Assembly: GCA_963813405.1 (NCBI GenBank)
Contig: CAWEYU010000004.1
Location: 392,769 to 456,768, forward strand
Reading direction: 5' to 3'
Source: an uncultured Bacteroidales bacterium
Lineage (GTDB): Bacteria; Bacteroidota; Bacteroidia; Bacteroidales; VadinHA17
DNA length: 64,000 nt
Shown here: one piece after another, positions 55,764 through 64,000 of the stretch
Layout of the letters: every line of letters starts with the position of its first letter
Position numbering within the stretch: position 1 is the stretch's first letter
Program-made: the position numbers and the translations under genes
The notes under the pieces: model-generated
What the model was told of the DNA's origin: nothing
Seen by the model: only the letters and a program-made list of their open reading frames with translations
The model's database searches: none

Positions 55764-58148
55764 ATGCCAAGCCTCATCCCCGGATACAAATACGACATCT
55801 TCATATCCTATCGCCAAAAAGACAACAAAGGTGATCGCTGGGTTAGTGAGTTCGTCGAAGCACTGAAAACAGAACTTGAATCAACTTTTAAAGAAGAGAT
55901 CATCGTTTATTTTGATATTAATCCTCACAACGGTCTTTTAGAAATACATGATGTTGATGCCTCGCTAAAGGAGAAACTCAAATGCCTCGTCTTTATTCCA
56001 ATTATTTCGCGAACATATTGTGACCCAAAGTCATTTGCCTGGGAGCATGAATTTAAAGAATTTGTTGAACAAGCTTCTAATGATGAGCTTGGTATGAAAG
56101 TAAAACTGCCTGACGGAAATGTCGCCAGCAGGGTTTTGCCGGTTAAGATTCATGACCTCGATCCTGAAGATAAAACTCTTTTAGAAAATGAGTTAGGTGG
56201 TGTACTTCGTAGTATTGAGTTTATATATAAAGAGGCTGGAGTGAATCGTCCTCTGAAGCCAAATGATGATCCGAAAGAAAACCTGAATAAGACCAATTAT
56301 ATAAACCAGATCAATAAGGTTGCAAATGCAGTTAAGGAGATTATTACAGGTCTACACCAGTATGAAGAAAAAAATGAAGAAGCGCCTAAAGAAATTTCTA
56401 AACCAGAATTTGTCCCACAAAAAAAGAACAAAACAAAAATCCTTTTTGGGTCAATTATAGCGTTGGTATTGATAGTTTCAGGCTTGTTATTAATTCCCAA
56501 ATTATTTAAATCAGAAAAACAGATTGAGAAAACTATAGCAGTTTTACCATTTAGAAATGATAGTCGTGATATAGAAAACCAGTATATCATTGATGGGACT
56601 ATGGAGGCTATTCTGGACAACCTGTGCAAAGTTGCTGACCTTACTGTAATATCCCGAACCTCAGTTGAGCAATTCAGAAATACAACCAAACCTATCCCTG
56701 AAATAGCAAAAAAACTAAATGTCAATTATATACTTGAAGGGAGCGGACAGAAATACGGCGACAATATTCGTTTAACTGTCACGTTAATTGATGCTGCAAA
56801 TGACAAACAGATCTGGTCCTCCCCTTATGAAGGTGTAACAGATAATATCTTTAGATTACAAAGCCAGATTTCAGAAGCAATCGCATCCGAATTGAAAGCA
56901 ATAATTTCACCCGAAGAAAAACTTCTGATTGAAAAGGTACCAACTAAAAGCTTGATAGCATATAATTTATTTACTCAGGCCAGGAGCGAACACATGAAAT
57001 TCTGGTCGGACAATAAAAATATAACTGGTCTTAAGAAGGCTTTGATCCTGTATAAACAAGTACTGCAATACGATTCCACATATGCACAGGCTTATTCAGG
57101 CCTTGCCCTGGGGTATCTTAATAAAAGAGCTGTTCAGACTAACCTTAATACGAATTTTTTGGACTCGGTTAAATTTTATGCTGACAAAGCGATAAGTTGC
57201 AATGACAGACTGGATGAAGCTTTTTATGCAAGAGCGATTTATTACGATAGTAAAGGAGATTATGACAAATCCCTGAAGGATTGCAACACAGCCATTGAGA
57301 TTAATCCAAATTATTCTTCGGCATACTTTGCCAGAGGAACATTAAATTTGGTTAAATATTGGGATACCTATAATGCCTTTGAGGATTTAATAAAAGGTAC
57401 TCAACTCGAACACGGTCCGGATCGTCCAGGAAGAATGAGGACTTTAGGAGATCATTTTAAAAATTTTGGTTTTCCCGAAATCAGCAGGTATTATTCTGAA
57501 GAGGCATTTAAACTTGATACTGATACAATACTTTATTTCAATGCAATTGCGGGTTTGGAAGAATTCCAGGGAGATGCCATAGCTGTCGAATTTTACAATA
57601 AAGTTTTAGGAACAGATCCTTCCAACCTGACTGCTTTAATAAGAAGTCTTATTTGCTATGAACGATTAGGTAAGTACGAAGAGGCATATCGATCAGCTAA
57701 CAATATTATTCGGATATATGATAAAACTGGCTTGTCGCCTCAATATAACTGGGAATATATTGGGTATGCTTTTTTGAAAACAGGACACATAAAAGAAGCC
57801 AGATATTATTTTGACAAGCAGATAGACATATGTCAGGGAATACTAAAGTCAGATCCAAATACCGATGAAAGTATTTATCCTCTTATCTGTGTGTATTCTG
57901 CCCTTGGAGAATATAACAAAGGTCTTCAATGGTTAAATACACTTAATGAAGGAATTTTAGAACGTATTAAGAAAGGAAGAGTTATAGCTTCAAAAAATTT
58001 TCAAAATTATCTTAAATATGATCCACTTTTGGAGAATCTCCGCAGTGATTCTATGTTTATAAGAATACAGAAAGATCGGGCAGTAACATACAATATTACA
58101 CACGAGAAAGCTAAGGTCTGGTTAAAGGAGAAGGGTATAATAAAATAA
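55764..58148 (+). CDS. TIR - TM - TolB_N-like - TPR protein (paralog 3)
   Basis: YDIFISYRQKD...SFAWEHEF; TM ILFGSIIALVLIVSGLLLI; TIAVLPFRN...VISRTS...NVNYILEGS; divergent TPR region. Confidence 0.8.
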   Translation: MPSLIPGYKYDIFISYRQKDNKGDRWVSEFVEALKTELESTFKEEIIVYFDINPHNGLLEIHDVDASLKEKLKCLVFIPIISRTYCDPKSFAWEHEFKEFVEQASNDELGMKVKLPDGNVASRVLPVKIHDLDPEDKTLLENELGGVLRSIEFIYKEAGVNRPLKPNDDPKENLNKTNYINQINKVANAVKEIITGLHQYEEKNEEAPKEISKPEFVPQKKNKTKILFGSIIALVLIVSGLLLIPKLFKSEKQIEKTIAVLPFRNDSRDIENQYIIDGTMEAILDNLCKVADLTVISRTSVEQFRNTTKPIPEIAKKLNVNYILEGSGQKYGDNIRLTVTLIDAANDKQIWSSPYEGVTDNIFRLQSQISEAIASELKAIISPEEKLLIEKVPTKSLIAYNLFTQARSEHMKFWSDNKNITGLKKALILYKQVLQYDSTYAQAYSGLALGYLNKRAVQTNLNTNFLDSVKFYADKAISCNDRLDEAFYARAIYYDSKGDYDKSLKDCNTAIEINPNYSSAYFARGTLNLVKYWDTYNAFEDLIKGTQLEHGPDRPGRMRTLGDHFKNFGFPEISRYYSEEAFKLDTDTILYFNAIAGLEEFQGDAIAVEFYNKVLGTDPSNLTALIRSLICYERLGKYEEAYRSANNIIRIYDKTGLSPQYNWEYIGYAFLKTGHIKEARYYFDKQIDICQGILKSDPNTDESIYPLICVYSALGEYNKGLQWLNTLNEGILERIKKGRVIASKNFQNYLKYDPLLENLRSDSMFIRIQKDRAVTYNITHEKAKVWLKEKGIIK

Positions 58149-58247
58149 ATTGAACTAAAAAAGATAGATTTGTTTAATTACTTTTTATGAAGAGAAACCT
58201 CAGTAAAAAATCAGCAACTTCAATGCGGTCAATTTTAGAACAGCCTA

Positions 58248-60188
58248 ATGTGGTCAGATATTTTATATAACAATGACAATCTATCGGTTAATAACGCACT
58301 AGCTGACAGAAAAAAATATAAGAAATTCTTTACTGACACTATTGCAGAAGGACTTTTTAAAGATTTGAGGCGATCGGGTGACACCATTCTGATTTTTGCT
58401 GCTTCAGACAAAGATTTTGAAGATCTCACAAAAGCTGAAAAAAATTTCTGGCTCTCGTATGCTTCTGAGATTCCGGATAAATTCAAAGCAATAAATCTTT
58501 TCATCCGGCCATTCAGGGATTTTTGCAGAACTTGTTTAATAACTGATAATGAGATCGCAACATTTATAAGGTTTGATCTTGAAAAACATTTCATTAATAC
58601 AGAACAGGCAGGTTTAAAAAGCAAGTATCTAACTGATAAGAAATCTTTTCCGCACAGTAATAAAGACATCAATCGTTTCTTCCTGGAAATTAACTACTTA
58701 ATACCGTTGCAGCTAAAAAAGATCGGGTATGAGGTAATCAGGCATGAGGAAGCTGCAGAGATTAATATGCTCATGGTCAAAAAACTGGCAAGAGCAATAC
58801 ATACAGGTTACCTGAATGAAATCAGGAACCAGGACATAAGGGCAGATCATTTTTTTTACACTCCGGAAGATTACCCGAATAAGTATTCATCAGATTTTGA
58901 TGATCTTCCTGAGGAGATTAAAAACTCTAACCTGGATAATGCCGCCCATATTCCAACTAAAATGTTATCAATCGGGTACAAGATCAGACAGGTCGAAAAA
59001 GGGTATAAACCATATGCCCTTCATCTCGATGAAGCTGAAATTGAAACAATGGCAATAGTGGAACATTTGAGATGGAGCTGGGAAAAGAGGTTAAATGGCT
59101 GGATCCTGGGCAGCGTTAAAGATAGTGTAAAGAAAACCCATCCAGACTTAATCCCGTATCAGGAACTGAGTGAATCAGAAAAAGATAAGGACCGTCAGCT
59201 GGTAAAATTAATTCCGTCATTATTACAGGATATTAAGTTCGAAGCTTACCCTGTTTCGCCAAACCGGATAAGTAAATTATCTTACGCGATTAAACCTCAG
59301 AGCAGCATTCATAAAATTTTAGATGAAACCAGGGCATTAAACGATCAGATCAGAAAACTGGTAACACTGACTCCGGAAATTGAAGAAATTGTCGCGATAA
59401 GGAACAAGATGATTGAAGAGGCGATCAATGAGGTTGAGGAGAATTATAATTATGCTCAGCATATTCAGGAAACTTACCTGCCGGATGATCATGCAGTCAG
59501 AGAATGTTTTCCTGACAGTTTTATATTATTCAAGCCAAAAGACATTGTCAGCGGGGATTTCTATTTCTTCAGCAAGCATAGAGATTTAATTATATTTGCC
59601 GCTGCCGATTGCACAGGGCATGGGATCCCGGGGGCACTGCTGAGCACTCTGGGATACGGAATCCTCGACCAGGCTGTAAATGAAATAAATCTTACTGATC
59701 CATCTCTCATTTTACATCATCTTTATTCCAAAATACACAGGTTTCTCCGTAATGATGAGGCGGGGGCAGGACTCTCAGACGATCTGGATATTATCCTCTG
59801 CACTCTGGATATCAGGACCAATTTACTGACATATGCCGGGGTTAAAAATCCATTATACTGTATAACTAATTCCGAACTGGTGGAATACCGGGCAAAGATC
59901 TTCCCTGAAAATTGCATTGAGGGAGCAGACTGCAAGTTTACTTCAGAGAAAATCCAATTAAATCCGGGTGATACAATATACTTATGCTCTGATGGTTATG
60001 CAGATCAGTTTGGCGGAAAAAACCACAAAAAATATCAAACAGGAAAATTGAGAGACTTTTTACTTGGCATTAACGAAATTCCAATTCCTGAGCAATGCGA
60101 CAAATTATACGAGGAGATCACGATGTGGATTGAAGAAAATGACGAGGATCAGACTGATGATATCCTGATTATTGGCATCAGATTATGA
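58248..60188 (+). CDS. RyR-domain SpoIIE/PP2C-family protein phosphatase
   Basis: RyR motifs LARAIH, FDDLPEEIKNSN, MAIVEHLRW...NGW..G..KD..KKTHPDLIPYQELSESEKDKD; PP2C motifs VSGDFY, ADCTGHG, SDGYADQFGG, QTDDI. Confidence 0.82.
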   Translation: MWSDILYNNDNLSVNNALADRKKYKKFFTDTIAEGLFKDLRRSGDTILIFAASDKDFEDLTKAEKNFWLSYASEIPDKFKAINLFIRPFRDFCRTCLITDNEIATFIRFDLEKHFINTEQAGLKSKYLTDKKSFPHSNKDINRFFLEINYLIPLQLKKIGYEVIRHEEAAEINMLMVKKLARAIHTGYLNEIRNQDIRADHFFYTPEDYPNKYSSDFDDLPEEIKNSNLDNAAHIPTKMLSIGYKIRQVEKGYKPYALHLDEAEIETMAIVEHLRWSWEKRLNGWILGSVKDSVKKTHPDLIPYQELSESEKDKDRQLVKLIPSLLQDIKFEAYPVSPNRISKLSYAIKPQSSIHKILDETRALNDQIRKLVTLTPEIEEIVAIRNKMIEEAINEVEENYNYAQHIQETYLPDDHAVRECFPDSFILFKPKDIVSGDFYFFSKHRDLIIFAAADCTGHGIPGALLSTLGYGILDQAVNEINLTDPSLILHHLYSKIHRFLRNDEAGAGLSDDLDIILCTLDIRTNLLTYAGVKNPLYCITNSELVEYRAKIFPENCIEGADCKFTSEKIQLNPGDTIYLCSDGYADQFGGKNHKKYQTGKLRDFLLGINEIPIPEQCDKLYEEITMWIEENDEDQTDDILIIGIRL

Positions 60189-60541
60189 GGAATCCACTGA
60201 TAGCCTGACACTTATACTTTACTTTTTTCCTATACCATTCAGGGAGCGAGCACACTCGTTCTATTTTCCTCCCTTGCTCTCTAAATTCGTCAGACGGAGC
60301 CAACTATGTCGGACGAAGTCCGAAGCTTTCTGTTACTAACCCACAAGTCATGTGCAAATAAATTTTTTTTCTTAGCCGGCTTTTGTTTAAATTTGATAAT
60401 GACCGATTAACCTCCTGATGTCAAGTATCATTCCAGGATACGGATATAACTTCTTCATCTTCAATGTTCAGAAAGATACTAAACCTAATTTCAGTGCCAT
60501 GTTCTAATATAATTATTGAATTTCCCTTTATCCCAATCATT

Positions 60542-62341
60542 ATGAAAAAAATAAAGAAATTTCCCATCTCATTACCCGTAATTGTACTTCTATTGCTGGG
60601 GTATACTAATGTTCAGATTTTATCTGCTCAAAGTGTTGATATTACAAAAAAACTTAAAGGCTTTGACCAGACCATCGAAAAGATACTGAAAGACTGGAAT
60701 GTTCCCGGATGTGGTATCGGGATCATTGCAAAAGATAAACTGGTCTTTGCTAAGGGCTATGGTTATCGCGACCTTGAGAACAAGTTGCCTGTCACACCCA
60801 ATACATTGTTCCAGATCGCCTCAAATACAAAACTTTTTACAGCTACGGCGGTCGGATTCCTTGTTGAAGAAGGTAAGCTCGACTGGGACAAACCGATAAA
60901 AAATTATGTTTCTCAAATTCAGTTTTATAATGATGAACTGAATAACAATGTGACGATCCGTGACATGCTTTCACATCGGACCGGCATCTCGAGGCATGAT
61001 GCAATCTGGTATAAATCGGATTTCACACGTCAGGAGCTTTTTGACAGGATCAAATATCTGGAGCCAAGCATCCCTCTTCGACAGGGTTCACTTTATAACA
61101 ACCTGATGTATGCCGGATCCGGACAAATTGTTGAGATTCTGTCGGGAAAAACATGGGAAGCATTCATTACGGAAAAGTTATTCTCGCCTTTGAATATGTC
61201 ACATTCGATGTTTACTGTTAAAGAGATGCTGAAACAACCTGACTTCATGAGGCCTTATTACGAAAAAAGAGATACTACTATTCTCCTGCCATTACCTTTC
61301 TATACGCAGCAGCAGGGAATAGGTCCTGCCGGTTCGATAATATCCAACATCAACGACCTCTCTTTTTGGCTGATAGCCCAGATGCACGGCGGTAAGCTAA
61401 ATAATAAAAAGATTATTCCTGCATCCATTGTCAAAGAGACGCTGGTCCCGGCCATGGCCACCGCCACAGTACCTGATAAGTATTTTGAGAATCTTAATTC
61501 AATTTACGGAATGGGAAGGTCAACCTCAAGTTATAAAGGACATTATCTTACCCAACACGGAGGGGCCATAGGAGGTATTTATTCAAATATTTCGTTTATG
61601 CCTGCCGATAGTATCGGGGTGATAGTCTTTACAAACCGTATGTCAATACTCACCAGTATTATTACTTATAAGATCTATGATTTATTACTTGGACTTTCAG
61701 AAACTCCATGGAGCGAAAGAGCTCTGAAAGATTATTTTAAAAACAAGGAAACATCACGGGAATCGCGCAAGAAACCGGATACTGACCGCATCCTGGGTAC
61801 CAGTCCTTCTCATAAACTGGGCGATTACGCCGGAACCTATGAAGATCCTGCTTACGGGGTATTCCAGATAGCCCTCAAAAGAGACACACTTTTTTTCACT
61901 TTCAATAACACAACTCTGCCTCTCTACCATTATCATTATGACAGATTCATGTCAAAAGATGATGAGATAGATGGTAAATGGTCGATAACATTTGTTACCG
62001 ATGCTCAGGGAAGTATCAGTCAGCTAAAAGTTAGCCTTGATGAGAAAGAGGTCATATTCACCAGGATGGCAGACGCAAAGCTCAGGAATCCCGAATTCCT
62101 GAAAAAGCTTGCCGGGCAGTATGAGTTTAATAACTCCACAATAAATATTATTCTAAAGAATAATGAGCTGGTAATAGATATTGCTCCTCCGATACATCTT
62201 GAACCGTACAAAGGGAACATGTTCAGGTTCCGTGAATTCTCTGACCAGACAATAGAGTTTATCATAAACGAAAATGGAGAAGTAACAGGCTGTAAGACAA
62301 CATCAGAAGGCAATACAGTCTTCATAAACAGGAAGAAATAA
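60542..62341 (+). CDS. Beta-lactamase-family serine hydrolase with C-terminal DUF3471-like domains
   Basis: IASNTK (SxxK), LYNN, HGG, LSHRTG, YAGTYEDPAYG; signal peptide from ATG 60542. Confidence 0.88.
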   Translation: MKKIKKFPISLPVIVLLLLGYTNVQILSAQSVDITKKLKGFDQTIEKILKDWNVPGCGIGIIAKDKLVFAKGYGYRDLENKLPVTPNTLFQIASNTKLFTATAVGFLVEEGKLDWDKPIKNYVSQIQFYNDELNNNVTIRDMLSHRTGISRHDAIWYKSDFTRQELFDRIKYLEPSIPLRQGSLYNNLMYAGSGQIVEILSGKTWEAFITEKLFSPLNMSHSMFTVKEMLKQPDFMRPYYEKRDTTILLPLPFYTQQQGIGPAGSIISNINDLSFWLIAQMHGGKLNNKKIIPASIVKETLVPAMATATVPDKYFENLNSIYGMGRSTSSYKGHYLTQHGGAIGGIYSNISFMPADSIGVIVFTNRMSILTSIITYKIYDLLLGLSETPWSERALKDYFKNKETSRESRKKPDTDRILGTSPSHKLGDYAGTYEDPAYGVFQIALKRDTLFFTFNNTTLPLYHYHYDRFMSKDDEIDGKWSITFVTDAQGSISQLKVSLDEKEVIFTRMADAKLRNPEFLKKLAGQYEFNNSTINIILKNNELVIDIAPPIHLEPYKGNMFRFREFSDQTIEFIINENGEVTGCKTTSEGNTVFINRKK

Positions 62342-62384
62342 TCTAAAACAATTAAGTTAGCAATTCAACAATGCAGTTTGATAC

Positions 62385-63281
62385 TTAATTAAGCGACCGA
62401 TATTCATTAGGGGTCTGTCCGGTTTCGTTTTTGAACATACGGCTGAAGTGCTGCGGATGCTTGAATCCCAATTCATAAGCTATCTCACTGATAGATTTAC
62501 CCGTGTCAAATACTCTTTCTTTGGCAATTTCTATAAGCTTTAATTGAATGTGATCCAGTGCTGTTTTCCCGGTTTCTTTTTTTATCAGATCACCGAAATA
62601 GTTAGGAGAAAGATGAAGTTGATCGGCACAGTACCTTACGGTTGGTAAACCCAAAGTTTGGGTCATTTCTGATTTAAAATAATCATCAAGTAAATTTTCA
62701 AACCTTGCCAGAATGTCTTTATTGGCATGGCTGCGGGTAATGAATTGCCTGTCGTAGAATCTCATACAGTAATTGAGAAGAAGCTCGATATTATTCACAA
62801 TCAGTTTATTACTGTGTTTATCAATCGACTGCTTTAATTCATAGTCAATCTTTTTCATGCAGTCTATAATGATTTGCTTTTCCTTCTCAGATATATGTAA
62901 TGCTTCATTTGAGCTGTATGAAAAGAATGTATAATCTTTAATAATACGGCCAAGGGATGTTCCTTGTATTAATTCAGGATGAAAAAACAAACTCAAGCCT
63001 TTTGGATGAAAATTATCCTTTTCATTGTTTATACCAACTACCTGCCCGGGAGCAAAAAAAATAAGTGTGCCTTCCTGATAATCATAAAAATTGCCTCCAT
63101 ATTTCAAATCTCCACAGACCGCCTCTTTTAGTGAGACACTATATCTGTCAATATACACCCTGGCATTTTGAATTGGTTTTGATTTTGATAGATCAGCAAC
63201 GGTCACCAGGGGATGAAGCGTTTTATATCCTCTCAGGGTGTTGAATTGAGAGAAATTCTCAATTATCAGTAAATCATCCAT
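62385..63281 (-). CDS. AraC-family transcriptional regulator
   Basis: YDYQEGTLIFFAPGQ, LSPNYFGDLIKKETG, ISEIAYELGFKHPQHFSRMFK; start ATG 63281 supported by a TAAATTTG box at 63300-63307. Confidence 0.93.
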   Translation of the reverse strand: MDDLLIIENFSQFNTLRGYKTLHPLVTVADLSKSKPIQNARVYIDRYSVSLKEAVCGDLKYGGNFYDYQEGTLIFFAPGQVVGINNEKDNFHPKGLSLFFHPELIQGTSLGRIIKDYTFFSYSSNEALHISEKEKQIIIDCMKKIDYELKQSIDKHSNKLIVNNIELLLNYCMRFYDRQFITRSHANKDILARFENLLDDYFKSEMTQTLGLPTVRYCADQLHLSPNYFGDLIKKETGKTALDHIQLKLIEIAKERVFDTGKSISEIAYELGFKHPQHFSRMFKNETGQTPNEYRSLN

Positions 63282-63447
63282 GGCTAATCTGTTTTGATGC
63301 AAATTTACAGTTTATATCATATCAGATTCCGTCTGAAAATCAGATTCAGTAATCCGGGTACAAAAAACAGGATTCTGTGTACATCTATGGCCTTTTTATA
63401 TCTCAACTTTATACAGTAAAAATTTGGTGTGAAAAAAGTTATATTAA

Positions 63448-64000
63448 ATGAAAAAGATTAATCTACTCTTCACTGCAATTGTTTTTGTCACGTGCACGCT
63501 GAATATTAATGCACAGGATTGGCCACAATATCTTGGACCCGCAAGAAACAGCATGTCACCTCAGAAAGGGATTCTGCGTTCCTGGCCTAATTCCGGGCCT
63601 GAAGTCCTCTGGACAGCCGACCTTGGTGCTGGTTTTGGTGGTCCCGTCATCAAAGACGGTAAAGCCTATTTATTAGATAGAGATGATAAATACGGTGATT
63701 ACATGAGATGTTTTGATATGAAAACAGGAAAAGAGCTTTGGAAGTATGGATATGAAGCTCCGGGAACAGTTGAATTCCCCGGGTCAAGAAGTGTCCCTGC
63801 TGTTGATGATAAATATGTTTATTCCTGCGGCCATAATGGAGATTTATATTGTTTTGATATTAAAACTCACCAACCTGTCTGGAAGAAAAATGTCTGGACT
63901 GACTTTGGTGGGCAACCTGCCAGTAAATCCGAGGGTGGATTCAGTGGTTTACAGGGTGGAGGACGATTCCCGGTATGGGCAATAGCTCAATGTCCCTTGT
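63448..64000 (+). CDS. PQQ-like beta-propeller protein (runs off the window)
   Basis: Not in the ORF track. MKKINLLFTAIVFVTCTLNINA-QDWPQYLGPARNS...WPNSGPEVLW...GFGGPVI...CFDMKTGKELW...GSRSVP. Confidence 0.85.
   Translation, partial: MKKINLLFTAIVFVTCTLNINAQDWPQYLGPARNSMSPQKGILRSWPNSGPEVLWTADLGAGFGGPVIKDGKAYLLDRDDKYGDYMRCFDMKTGKELWKYGYEAPGTVEFPGSRSVPAVDDKYVYSCGHNGDLYCFDIKTHQPVWKKNVWTDFGGQPASKSEGGFSGLQGGGRFPVWAIAQCPL

Noticed and set aside
60238-60325. Fourth full copy of the intergenic repeat
   Set aside because: Only TTCAGGGAGCGAGCACACTC and a loose hairpin resemble it and the GTTGCAAC box is missing; noted as a weak remnant, not annotated

Overview
Bacteroidota (Bacteroidales-like) chromosomal window, judged from T9SS genes (porP-like, porZ-like, CHU_C protein), TAnnTTTG promoter boxes and the queA-truB-uppP-DUF3098-ftsX cluster. 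The first 7.2 kb is a surface-glycan modification cluster. 7.2-22.5 kb is a minus-strand T9SS-linked locus: a 2644-aa tail-fibre-like protein with two internal duplications of different age, a frameshifted FKBP, a SprB-like CHU_C protein and a PorP/SprF-like gene. 23-46 kb is mostly housekeeping but includes two paralogous class III cyclase-HD fusions, one with an intact and one with a degenerate HD site. Downstream of tRNA-Asn(GTT) at 45927 lies a ~14-kb signalling-rich accessory region with no integrase. It holds three TIR-TM-TolB_N-TPR proteins with a Toll-like-receptor-like layout and discordant TIR/ectodomain relationships, a repeat coiled-coil histidine kinase with three receivers, and a RyR-domain SpoIIE phosphatase. 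The gene modules are separated by a conserved ~55-bp repeat (GGTTGCAACTTTCAGnnGTCWGGGGAGC...) whose core resembles the tRNA 3' end, suggesting cassette accretion at the tRNA. All domain calls come from reading motifs by eye; no searches were run.
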